This document shows, piece by piece, positions 47,945 to 57,073 of a stretch of 64,000 nt of DNA (position 1 is its first letter; every line of letters starts with the position of its first letter). The notes under the pieces were generated by a model. The model did not search any database. It saw only the letters and a list, made by a program, of their open reading frames with translations, and was not told the origin of the DNA. Location of the stretch: assembly GCA_016930375.1 (NCBI GenBank), contig JAFGGU010000011.1:1397-65396 (forward strand), read 5' to 3'. The stretch comes from Bacteroidales bacterium. Its GTDB lineage: Bacteria; Bacteroidota; Bacteroidia; Bacteroidales; UBA10428. The position numbers were made by a program, and so were the translations under genes.

Positions 47945-47973
47945 TTTGTTTTATATTTACAAACAAAAACGCC

Positions 47974-48693
47974 ATGAAAACCGATCTATCCCTATTCAAA
48001 GTCTTCCAGCACAATGATGATTATTTTGAAATGCTCTCTGATCCTGAATTTTCACGTAAGAATGTGCTGAAGCAAAGCATTGTCATTTTCATATTTTGCT
48101 GTATTTACGGAATTGTGATGGGCAGTTACAATGGATTCCTGCAAAGCATGGTCACGGGTCTGAAAATCCCCTGCCTGATCTTCCTTTCACTGCTTATTTG
48201 TTTTCCTGCCCTGTTTGTGATACAGTATATGATTGGTTCTACCATGACCATCTGGCAAATGGCAAACATCATCCTTTCAGGTTTCGTGGTATTCTCCACA
48301 ATAGCCCTGTCCTTTGCCCCCATTGTGGTATTTTTCATGATCACCAGTGAAAATTATGCTTTTCTGAAACTCTTGCATGTGGCCATTTTCATTTTTTCAG
48401 GGATTTTCACCATCCGGACAATAATCAGAGGCCTTTCCTATTCTTGCGAAAAAAAGAACGTTTATCCTAAACTGGGAATGAACATATTTAAAATATGGAT
48501 ATTCATTTTTGCCTTTGTCAGTTCACAACTGGCCTGGAACCTGCGACCCTTTGTTGGAAGCCGCGATCTTCCCTTTGAACTGTTCAGGGTACGTGAAAGT
48601 AACTTTTATGTTGCTGTTATTCACTCTGTTGCTGATTTATTTGATCCCGGGACGGATGCAGCTCCAACCAGTTCTGATACGTCGCCGAAATAA
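47974..48693 (+). CDS. Uncharacterised multi-TM membrane protein (Yip1-like topology)
   Basis: About 5 TM helices; YGIVMG, LKIP.L, CFPAL, APIV.FF, QLAWNLRPFVG, NFY motifs. ATG at 47974 chosen. Confidence 0.75.
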   Translation: MKTDLSLFKVFQHNDDYFEMLSDPEFSRKNVLKQSIVIFIFCCIYGIVMGSYNGFLQSMVTGLKIPCLIFLSLLICFPALFVIQYMIGSTMTIWQMANIILSGFVVFSTIALSFAPIVVFFMITSENYAFLKLLHVAIFIFSGIFTIRTIIRGLSYSCEKKNVYPKLGMNIFKIWIFIFAFVSSQLAWNLRPFVGSRDLPFELFRVRESNFYVAVIHSVADLFDPGTDAAPTSSDTSPK

Positions 48694-48720
48694 TGAACAT
48701 GCAAAACTTCCGACAAAAAA

Positions 48721-48915
48721 ATGGATGACAAGGATAAAATAATGACCCTTGAGGAGGTGGCGGATTATTTGCGTGTGAAGCCACAAACCATATACACCTG
48801 GGCGCAGGAAAAGAAAATCCCTGCAGCCAAGCTGGGAAAGGAATGGCGCTTTAAAAAATCCATGGTGGATAAGTGGTTTATTGAACGCATGGATGAAAAA
48901 TTCAAAGACTATTGA
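48721..48915 (+). CDS. Stand-alone excisionase/BldC-like winged-HTH (HTH_17) DNA-binding protein
   Basis: IMTLEEVADYLRV...TIY.W.....IPA.KLGKEWRF.K..VD.W. Confidence 0.88.
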   Translation: MDDKDKIMTLEEVADYLRVKPQTIYTWAQEKKIPAAKLGKEWRFKKSMVDKWFIERMDEKFKDY

Positions 48916-49063
48916 TACCGGAATCGCATCGAAATAATCAGTATGGGATATACCAGGCGTAAACAGGCTTTACAGGATGTTTATCCTAAAACAACAAATA
49001 AAACAAGCACCCTGATATAGAATTTCAGGATTCACTATATTTGTTGGTAAACAAATAAAACCT

Positions 49064-49921
49064 ATGAAATCACGCCGTCAGTTCATTAAAACAGCAGGCA
49101 CCGGAATCCTGGCAGCAGGAGTGACCGGTGTTTATGGCCGCGAAAATCTGATTACACCAACCTTAAAAACCCAGGATGCTTTCTCCCTGGGAATGGCCGG
49201 GTATACTTTCAGGGAGTTTACCGTGGACCAAACCATTGACATGATGAAAAGAACCCGGGTATCCAACATTTCCCTGAAAGATTTTCACCTTCCTTATAAC
49301 AGTACCCAGGAGCAAATCAACGAGGTGCTTCAGAAATTTAAAAACGCAGGGATCCATGTTTATGCCCTTGGCGTAATTTATATGAAAACGCCGGAAGAGG
49401 TTGATCTGATTTTTGAGTATGCCAGAATGGCGGGAGTCCAGATGATCGTGGGCGCTCCCAATTACGAACTTCTTGCCCTGATTGAGAAAAAGATCAAAGC
49501 CTACGATATACGCCTGGCCATTCATAACCACGGTCCCGACAATCCGCTTTTCCCCAATGCCAATGATATCTGGAACCATATCAAGGATCTCGATGCACGG
49601 ATCGGGATTTGCATTGATATCGGGCATACTACTAGAGACGGACAGGATCCCGCCGGTGATATCAATAAATTCAGTAGTCGTATTTATGATGTTCACATCA
49701 AGGATGTTGACAAAGCTTCCAAAGAAGGGAAAACAATTGAGATGGGAAGGGGAATCATTGATATTCCCGCAGTTGTTGCCATGCTCCGAAAAATAAAATA
49801 CAGCGGGAAATGCAGCCTTGAATTTGAGAAGGACATGAAAGATCCCATTGCCGGTATCGCTGAATCAATCGGTTACTGGAAAGGGGTGTTGGCTTGCGGA
49901 TTATGGGCTGCTGAGAATTGA
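49064..49921 (+). CDS. Sugar-phosphate isomerase/epimerase (xylose-isomerase-like TIM barrel), Tat-exported
   Basis: SRRQF leader; AIHNHG, CIDIGH, VHIKD, G.G.ID, SLEFE metal-ligand motifs. Confidence 0.87.
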   Translation: MKSRRQFIKTAGTGILAAGVTGVYGRENLITPTLKTQDAFSLGMAGYTFREFTVDQTIDMMKRTRVSNISLKDFHLPYNSTQEQINEVLQKFKNAGIHVYALGVIYMKTPEEVDLIFEYARMAGVQMIVGAPNYELLALIEKKIKAYDIRLAIHNHGPDNPLFPNANDIWNHIKDLDARIGICIDIGHTTRDGQDPAGDINKFSSRIYDVHIKDVDKASKEGKTIEMGRGIIDIPAVVAMLRKIKYSGKCSLEFEKDMKDPIAGIAESIGYWKGVLACGLWAAEN

Positions 49922-52900
49922 TTCCAGTGCCCTGAATAATTCAACAGCTTTTATGGGCTTTGTGAGGTAACTGTTGAAACCGGCCTCCTTAAGTTTTTTA
50001 ACTTCTTCTGAAAGAGCATAGGCTGTTTGTGCAATAATCGGAACCTTATTGTTTAATTCACGGATCCGTTTTAGCGCCTCTATCCCATCGATTCCGGGCA
50101 TTTTGATATCCATAAGTATAACCTGCAAACTTCGATTTTCAATAGCCATCGAAATGACCTGATTCCCATTCAATGCATGAATGACATTGGCTCCGGTCTT
50201 TCGCAATAATTTCTCAAGATACAAGTAATTGGCCATATCATCTTCAGCAACCAGGATAGTACTGCCCGAGAAATCGGGAATGTTGGGATTGTAGTCTGAT
50301 TCAAAATGGGTCACAGGTACCTTTTTTAAGACTTTCTTCACCGGAACGGTGATTGAAAATACAGACCCGACACCCGGTTCCGATTCAACTTGTATCTGAC
50401 CACCTAACAGATTGATGAGTTCATGTGAGATAGCCAGGCCCAATCCCGCACCTCTGTATAAACGTGTTTTATCTTCTTCCAGCTTTCTGAACCGTTTAAA
50501 AATGACCTCTATATTTTCTTTTTTGATTCCAATTCCTGTGTCCTTAACGTAAAACTTTACGAATTCCATGGATTGGGTCTCTCTGCAACCAAATTCCACA
50601 ACACCCCTTTGGGTGAATTTTATCGCATTGTTTATGAGATTGCCGATGATTTGCATCAGCCGCATCTCATCCGTATAAAGGAGGGTTGACATGCACAATT
50701 CTGAATCATTTATCCTGAAATCCAGATTGCAATCCTTTAAGGACAATTCTTTTCTCAGTTCGAGGTTGAAGAGGTCGTTGACCTGGTTGAAGATTCTATT
50801 AACCGGTACTTCAGTTAAATTAACGTCCAGATGTCCCGCTTCGATCTTTGAAAAATCCATTACGTCGTTAATCAGGTTTAAGAGCGTGTCACTGCTCCTT
50901 TTGATGATGATGTTAAAACTTTCCCTTTCTCCATTTTCCAGCCTGGGATCAGAAAGCAGTCCTGAAAATCCGATAATTGCATTTAAAGGTGTACGTATTT
51001 CATGAGAAAGATTTGCCAGAAAGGAAGACTTGAGGCGATCTGACTCTTCTGCTTTTTCTTTTGCAAGTATAAGTTCCTTTGTCCGTTCAGCAACAAGCTC
51101 CTCAAGCTTGCTACGGTAAATGCTCAGCTCCTGATATGCAGCCTCAAGATCATCACGCTGTTTTTGTATCTCAAGGTTTGAATCAGTCAGGGCTTTAGTC
51201 TGTTTAATTATTTCATCATGCTGCCGTGTTATTTCCGCATTGGACTGCGCCAGCGCTTCGGTATGTGCATAAAGCTCCTCGGTTTGTGACTGCAACTCCT
51301 CGTTTTGAGCTTCCATCTCATGTTGCTGTTCCATCAGCTGAAAGTTATTCTTTTCCAGTTGTGTTTTCTGGGATTCAATTTCCTCCTTTTGCCGGGTTAT
51401 TTCGAAAGTGCGCTGTCTGACTAATTTTTCAAGCAATTCATTCTTTCTGCGGACTCTTGTAACATTGGTAAAATAGATGAGAAGTAAAATGAAAGCCAGA
51501 AAAGCAAGCGAGGTTATCTTAAACAGCAGCGTATTCCACCAGGGAGGAGTGATCTTTATCTTGATAGCTGCCCCTGCCTCGTTCCAAAGGCCATCGTTAT
51601 TACATCCTCTTACCCTGAACACATAGTTGCCCGGATTCAGGTTGGTATAAGTGGCTTTTCGATCGGTCCCGATGTAATTCCAATCGGTATCAAAACCTTC
51701 CAGTTTATAGGTATACTTGTTCTTTTGGGTGCGGGTATAATTAAGCGCAGCGTATTCAATTGAAAAAACAGCATGTTTATAGGAAAGCACCAATTCCCTT
51801 GTTTCGTTGATATCAGTTTTTAAAACACCTCCCGGGCCTCGAACTTCAACAGGTTTGTTATCAATAATCAACCTGGTAAAAACAATGGGTGGTATTACCG
51901 GATTGTCCTGGAGACTATCAGGATGAAAGATGGTTGCGCCGTTTCTGTTACCGAATATTATCTCCCCCTTTTTGGTTTTACAGAACGAAAATGCGCTAAA
52001 CTGCAGATCCTGAAGGCCATCCTCTGTATTATAATTTCTCAGCACATAAATATCCTTGTTATTCCTACTGGTAACTGTTAGTTTTGTAAGGCCGTTGTCT
52101 GTGCTAATCCAAAGATTCCCTGCATCATCCTCCACAATATGTTTCGTATTATTGCTTGAAAGTCCATCATTTTCTGTTAAATTCCTGAAGTACTCTGTTT
52201 CCGTATTGAACAGGTTTAATCCGTTCTGGCTGCAAATCCATATACGCCCCTGGCTATCCTCTTTACAATGAATTAATCTGCTCGTACTGATGGAATTGGT
52301 ATCATTGATCACCGGAATGAAATTTTTAAACTTGAAAGTGCTGGTGTTTAATATTTTAAGTCCATGTCCCTCCGTAGCGACCAGCAAATTGCTATTTTTG
52401 TCAAGGCACATGCTCATGACGTTATATCCCAAACGTGATTCCGGGAATGCCAGGTCACTGGGAATCCGGATAAAACAATCATTTTTTCGGTCATACAAGT
52501 TCAATCCGGCAAAACAGAAACCGATCCATAAGTTCTTTCGACCGTCTTCATAAATGCAATAAACGTTATCACCGCCCAGGCTTGTTGTGTCCTTGTCAAT
52601 ATAACGGTAATGTTTTATTGTGCCGGTAGTTAAATTCAGCCTGTCCAGTCCGGCTGCCCAATAACCAATCCACAAATTATCATAGTTATCGAAACAAAGG
52701 GCCAGTACTTTATCACTTGCCAGACTATTTGCATCAAGAGGATTGTGACGATAAACCCTGTAAGTATTCTTCTCCCTGTTCCAAAAATAAATACCCCCAC
52801 CATCAGTGGCATACCAAATATTCCCATTTTTGTCTTCTGCAATAGCAGAAATACTGTTGGTGGTGAACCGTGGATGAATTTTTACAAAGTTTAATTGGTT

Positions 52901-53971
52901 AAAATGTTTTTGTTTTTTATCAATCGTAACAACGTCAAACCGACCGCAAACCCAAATTTTATTCGTATTATCCCGGTATAACCTTGTTATCACATTTTCG
53001 CTGATCCGCTTATCCTCAAATGATGGAAAAGTACTGTTGAATATAATATCCATATCCTCCGAAATATTTCCTCTGGCTATTAGAGAAAGACCGGAATTGG
53101 TTCCGATCCAGATATTTTGGTCTGAATCGGTTATGATAGTATTTACTTCATTGTTATGGATACTTGAAGGATCAGGCGAGTTGGTATAATTGAATGACCT
53201 GTCTTTTGTAAAATCATAATAGTAAAGTCCCTGGCCAATGGTGCCTATCCATATGTTTTGCTGATCGTCTTCATAAACACATTCGATCCAGACATCATTA
53301 TTCATGTGATTTTTCAAATCGAACCGGAATTTCGATACCACATGTGTGGAAGTATTAAACCTGAATAGTCCCCTTGTGGTTCCAATCCAAAGGTTTCCAT
53401 TGTAGCTTTCAGTAACTGTGCGTATTTCGTATATTTCTTCATAATTGCCTTCATTGTCGCCATGCATAAACCGCGTAAATTTATTTGTACGGGGTTGATA
53501 TAAATTGAGCCCGTTAAATGTGCCGATCCAGATACGGCCTTTACTATCCTTTATGACCGATTTGACATTGTTATGGCTAAGGCTGTTGTTTTCTTCATGA
53601 TGAAGATAATTTGTAAATGCATCCGTTTTCTTATTATACTTACTCAGGCCGGTGAGCGTGCCAATCCAGATAAAATCACCATCATCGGCAAGACTGGTGA
53701 TATAATTTCCGGAAAGGCTGTTGGTATCTGCATGATCAGGTTTGTAAATCTTAAAATCATACCCGTCAAACCGGTTTAATCCATCTTCAGTTCCAAGCCA
53801 TATAAAACCCCTGTTGTCTTTGATGGCGCAGGTAACATAGTAATTAGAAATCCTGCTGCCGGATGAAAGGTAGCTCATGACATATTCCTGGGCAACGGAC
53901 AGGAATAAACCGGAGATAAACTGTGTATAGAGGAAAAAAATGAAAACTGCAGAAGTCTTGTTAATTTTCAT
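49901..53971 (-). CDS. Beta-propeller/Y_Y_Y periplasmic-sensor hybrid histidine kinase (HisKA-HATPase-REC)
   Basis: Repeated D..G.IWIGT..GL blades, YKLEGFD..W...ATYTNLNPGNY.F.V, PPWW + TM, long coiled coil, FLANLSHEIRTPLN, REC LMDIKMP; no AraC HTH. Confidence 0.92.
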   Translation of the reverse strand: MKINKTSAVFIFFLYTQFISGLFLSVAQEYVMSYLSSGSRISNYYVTCAIKDNRGFIWLGTEDGLNRFDGYDFKIYKPDHADTNSLSGNYITSLADDGDFIWIGTLTGLSKYNKKTDAFTNYLHHEENNSLSHNNVKSVIKDSKGRIWIGTFNGLNLYQPRTNKFTRFMHGDNEGNYEEIYEIRTVTESYNGNLWIGTTRGLFRFNTSTHVVSKFRFDLKNHMNNDVWIECVYEDDQQNIWIGTIGQGLYYYDFTKDRSFNYTNSPDPSSIHNNEVNTIITDSDQNIWIGTNSGLSLIARGNISEDMDIIFNSTFPSFEDKRISENVITRLYRDNTNKIWVCGRFDVVTIDKKQKHFNQLNFVKIHPRFTTNSISAIAEDKNGNIWYATDGGGIYFWNREKNTYRVYRHNPLDANSLASDKVLALCFDNYDNLWIGYWAAGLDRLNLTTGTIKHYRYIDKDTTSLGGDNVYCIYEDGRKNLWIGFCFAGLNLYDRKNDCFIRIPSDLAFPESRLGYNVMSMCLDKNSNLLVATEGHGLKILNTSTFKFKNFIPVINDTNSISTSRLIHCKEDSQGRIWICSQNGLNLFNTETEYFRNLTENDGLSSNNTKHIVEDDAGNLWISTDNGLTKLTVTSRNNKDIYVLRNYNTEDGLQDLQFSAFSFCKTKKGEIIFGNRNGATIFHPDSLQDNPVIPPIVFTRLIIDNKPVEVRGPGGVLKTDINETRELVLSYKHAVFSIEYAALNYTRTQKNKYTYKLEGFDTDWNYIGTDRKATYTNLNPGNYVFRVRGCNNDGLWNEAGAAIKIKITPPWWNTLLFKITSLAFLAFILLLIYFTNVTRVRRKNELLEKLVRQRTFEITRQKEEIESQKTQLEKNNFQLMEQQHEMEAQNEELQSQTEELYAHTEALAQSNAEITRQHDEIIKQTKALTDSNLEIQKQRDDLEAAYQELSIYRSKLEELVAERTKELILAKEKAEESDRLKSSFLANLSHEIRTPLNAIIGFSGLLSDPRLENGERESFNIIIKRSSDTLLNLINDVMDFSKIEAGHLDVNLTEVPVNRIFNQVNDLFNLELRKELSLKDCNLDFRINDSELCMSTLLYTDEMRLMQIIGNLINNAIKFTQRGVVEFGCRETQSMEFVKFYVKDTGIGIKKENIEVIFKRFRKLEEDKTRLYRGAGLGLAISHELINLLGGQIQVESEPGVGSVFSITVPVKKVLKKVPVTHFESDYNPNIPDFSGSTILVAEDDMANYLYLEKLLRKTGANVIHALNGNQVISMAIENRSLQVILMDIKMPGIDGIEALKRIRELNNKVPIIAQTAYALSEEVKKLKEAGFNSYLTKPIKAVELFRALESILSSP

Positions 53972-54054
53972 GGTTCAATCTCTAAAGGTCTTTCAAAGAC
54001 TACCTGTGTTTTGATGTATGCTTTTGTTTATTTTGTTAACCAGGCGTGACATTA

Positions 54055-55152
54055 TCAGTCAATTTTTTCGGTTAGTTTTTGCACGATCCTGAACTGTTGA
54101 AAGAACTCCCTGGCAATCACCCTGAGCACAGTATAAACGGGAACCGCCAGCAGCATCCCCAGTAAACCCGCCAGGCTTCCACCCATGATAATGATCAAAA
54201 ATATCTCGAGGGGATGTGATTTAACACTCTTGGAATAAATCATCGGGACCAGGATGTTGTTGTCGATAAAATTGGTCACCAGCAGTACCCCTGACATTTT
54301 CAGGAATACCGGCAACAGGTCGGTATAAACACCCGAAGCCAGCGTGGTGGTCATACCCAGTGTCATGGCGATAAGCGCTCCAATAATGGGACCCAGATAA
54401 GGAATGATATTCATGATGCCTCCGAAGAAGCCTATCAGCAAAGCATTTTCCACTCCAAAGATCCATAGGCCGAAGGCTATAAGTGACATTACGCCGAGCA
54501 CTTCAAGAATAACGCCGATAAAGTATCGCCGTAGCAGATTCTTTGAGTCTGCAACCACCTCACGGGTCGACTTGTGATGTTTGACGGGAACAACCAGTAA
54601 CAGACCTTCCATGAACATATTTTCGTCTTTCAGGAAGAAGAAGGATATAAACAGGATGGAAAACACGCCAACAAATAAATTCCCCGCTGTCCCGATGAAG
54701 TTGTTGAGCAGGATGGTTACATTGCCCAGGTTTATCATGGATTTAACCCTGTTAACGATAAACTCCTGTAGCGTTTGTCCCTCCGGTAATGCACCAAATT
54801 CATGCATTTTTACCTCGATCCATTGTATCGGACCCTGCATGTTTTCTGCCAGCCGGTTCACGTCAATACGTGAAATGGTCTCTGCTTCGCTGATAATGAG
54901 CGGTACAAATATGGCAAGGATACCTAAAAACACAGATACTATGATCAACAGGGCAAGCAGAGTACTTAGTGTATGAGGAATTCTAAGCTTTCTGATATGC
55001 AGGCCATCAAAAAATTTCACCAGGGGTTGCCCTACAAAGGATAATACAGCTGCAATCAATATCCATACAAGGATATACCAGAATCTCCAGAACAGGAACC
55101 CAACCAGAAAGAGCAACAATAGGTAACCCGCGTACTTTAATACCTGTTTCAT
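54055..55152 (-). CDS. AI-2E family transporter
   Basis: Multi-TM; FFFLKD, NIIPYLGP, IDN....P, HPL, G.LGMLLAVP. Confidence 0.9.
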   Translation of the reverse strand: MKQVLKYAGYLLLLFLVGFLFWRFWYILVWILIAAVLSFVGQPLVKFFDGLHIRKLRIPHTLSTLLALLIIVSVFLGILAIFVPLIISEAETISRIDVNRLAENMQGPIQWIEVKMHEFGALPEGQTLQEFIVNRVKSMINLGNVTILLNNFIGTAGNLFVGVFSILFISFFFLKDENMFMEGLLLVVPVKHHKSTREVVADSKNLLRRYFIGVILEVLGVMSLIAFGLWIFGVENALLIGFFGGIMNIIPYLGPIIGALIAMTLGMTTTLASGVYTDLLPVFLKMSGVLLVTNFIDNNILVPMIYSKSVKSHPLEIFLIIIMGGSLAGLLGMLLAVPVYTVLRVIAREFFQQFRIVQKLTEKID

Positions 55153-55194
55153 CGGGAAATGACTTTTTTTTGTTAATCTACAAATTACATGATA

Positions 55195-56346
55195 TTAATT
55201 TGTTCTGATCAGATCCAACAATTTCCTGTCGAGTTTATGACCGTGCCAATCCTCATATTCAACATCCTCACGACCAGAATCCAGAATGCCAAAATCGCCC
55301 CTGAAATTCCACAGGGCATAACCTATTCCGTTTTTGCCCAGGATGTCGGTCACATCACCAAACCATGCCAGGAAAACAGCATGCGGAGTTTTTTTCCAGC
55401 AGCCACATTCACCGCAGTGAACTCCGACTCCTTTGCCCAATAGTTCGATCCAGGGTTTATAATATTCCTCAAGGCTTTCACGGCTGAAGTTTTTGCCATC
55501 AATTGTACCCGGCCATACAGGAACCGGGGCAAGCGTTGGATCCTTCCAGACCCAGCCTGCCTGGTAGTGTGAAATATAATGGGGATAATATCCCCTGCAG
55601 CTCTGGCCCAAACCGAGGTCAATCAATTCCGGGGTCACGGCATTGCCCACGTTGTTGCCATCTGCAATAATCAAATGCTCGGGATTGGCATTCCTGATGG
55701 CAGCAACTGCCCCTTTTGCCACGGTTTTGTAAAGCTCGCCGGGAAGTGCGCTGCTTTTTGAGAACTGATCATTCATGTCCTCCCGGAAGGCCGGCTCATT
55801 GAGCAGATCAAAACTTATTTTATCATTTGATACGTTTCTGAAACGCTCCGCCCACATCCCCCAGTGATAGTTAAAAGCATCCTGTGCCTCCCGGTCCTTC
55901 CACAAATTAAAAGGCTCGTTGAACCCGGCATTAATGCAATAGCCAGGCGCCCGGTGAAGGTTCAGGCTAACATGGAGCCCGTATTTGTTGGCCATAAACA
56001 CAAGTTTTTCAACCTCTTCAATTACCTCCGGATTAAGTTTATATACATCGTCTTTGGATATGGGTTTCGTTCTGTCAATGGTCAGGAAACGCGGATATGC
56101 CATTGGTAACCTTACAAAATTGAATCCCCAGTCAGCCATCCAGCGAAGATCATCCTCCGTGGTTCTGTTAGGATCGTTCTCTCTGCCCGGGTAAGGGGAG
56201 AAATAGTCGAGCAGATTAAAACCCTTCCAAAGCGGCAGCTCGTTCTTCACCGGTTGTGAAGCACTCACGGCAAAAATATCTTTCCGGGACAGGGTAATTG
56301 CTGAAGCGGCAAGAGCAGCTGTGTTGAAAAATTTGCGGCGATTCAT
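55195..56346 (-). CDS. Glycoside hydrolase family 5, Tat-exported
   Basis: MNRRKFF leader; WKGFNL, GFNFVRLP, LNLHRAPG, FDLLNEP (acid/base), HCGECG (nucleophile), ALWNF. ATG at 56346 chosen. Confidence 0.9.
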   Translation of the reverse strand: MNRRKFFNTAALAASAITLSRKDIFAVSASQPVKNELPLWKGFNLLDYFSPYPGRENDPNRTTEDDLRWMADWGFNFVRLPMAYPRFLTIDRTKPISKDDVYKLNPEVIEEVEKLVFMANKYGLHVSLNLHRAPGYCINAGFNEPFNLWKDREAQDAFNYHWGMWAERFRNVSNDKISFDLLNEPAFREDMNDQFSKSSALPGELYKTVAKGAVAAIRNANPEHLIIADGNNVGNAVTPELIDLGLGQSCRGYYPHYISHYQAGWVWKDPTLAPVPVWPGTIDGKNFSRESLEEYYKPWIELLGKGVGVHCGECGCWKKTPHAVFLAWFGDVTDILGKNGIGYALWNFRGDFGILDSGREDVEYEDWHGHKLDRKLLDLIRTN

Positions 56347-56464
56347 TTTGATAGGATTTTGATTTGTCAATGCTTGATTAAAAATAAGATAAAAATCGGA
56401 TTCTGTCATTGTCAAATCGACGGAAGAAGAAAATAATATGGTGTGGTATTGGGCAAAACCTTAT

Positions 56465-56582
56465 GCCCTCCGGGCAATTCTTAAACAATTCATTAATATC
56501 GCATACCGCGGAGCGGTTATGGTATTGTAGAAAAAATTGTTAGAATCAATCCTAATACCACGGAGCGGTTATGGTATTGGGG
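56465..56582. repeat. REP-like elements: two 25-bp direct copies at 52-bp period plus a small palindrome
   Basis: ataccRcggagcggttatggtattg at 56503 and 56555 (first copy ends in GTAG); gccctccgggc at 56465. Confidence 0.8.
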
Positions 56583-56630
56583 AAATGATTTTGCAACAAG
56601 TCTATTCCCGGAGAAGATCACCCCCAATAG

Positions 56631-57044
56631 TTATGTCGAATTTTGCTTTTTCCGGCAATCCAGGCAGAATCCCCTGTGTATGCAAATGGTCCCGTCGCAT
56701 ACAGGACACCTCCGTTTAACGTATTCCTGCTGAACAAATACTTCCAATCCGTTATTCTTTATGCTCACCAGGTTCTCTAAAAAGCTTGTATTATACCTGG
56801 TCCTGTATCGCTTATCCAGATCTTTCAGCCTCCGGCAGGGAAATTTCTCACAGTCATAACAAAATTTTGATGCGGTATTTGCCAGAAGACTGCAATTCCT
56901 GATGGAGCATCTGGCACAAGACTTCCATTTGTTTACATCCGGGCTTCCGCAACCATTGCAGCGGTTCTTGTCCCGCAGATAAGCCAGACAAGTCCAGCAA
57001 ATCATGCCGCACGGGGCTACCAGGGTTTTGTCAACGGTCTCCAT
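56631..57044 (-). CDS. DUF3795-family Cys-rich protein
   Basis: APCGMICWTC, CNGC, C.I..C, FCYDCEKFPC, C-terminal CPVC..C..C..C. Confidence 0.85.
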   Translation of the reverse strand: METVDKTLVAPCGMICWTCLAYLRDKNRCNGCGSPDVNKWKSCARCSIRNCSLLANTASKFCYDCEKFPCRRLKDLDKRYRTRYNTSFLENLVSIKNNGLEVFVQQEYVKRRCPVCDGTICIHRGFCLDCRKKQNST

Positions 57045-57073
57045 TGAGTCACAGGTTCACCCGTCTTAATGCT

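Noticed and set aside
48721-48915. Excisionase as evidence of a prophage or ICE
   Set aside because: No integrase, att repeat, phage or conjugation genes nearby; treated as a stand-alone regulator.
56503-56579. Mini-CRISPR (25-bp repeat, 27-bp spacer)
   Set aside because: Only two copies, a GTAG-REP architecture and no cas genes in the window.
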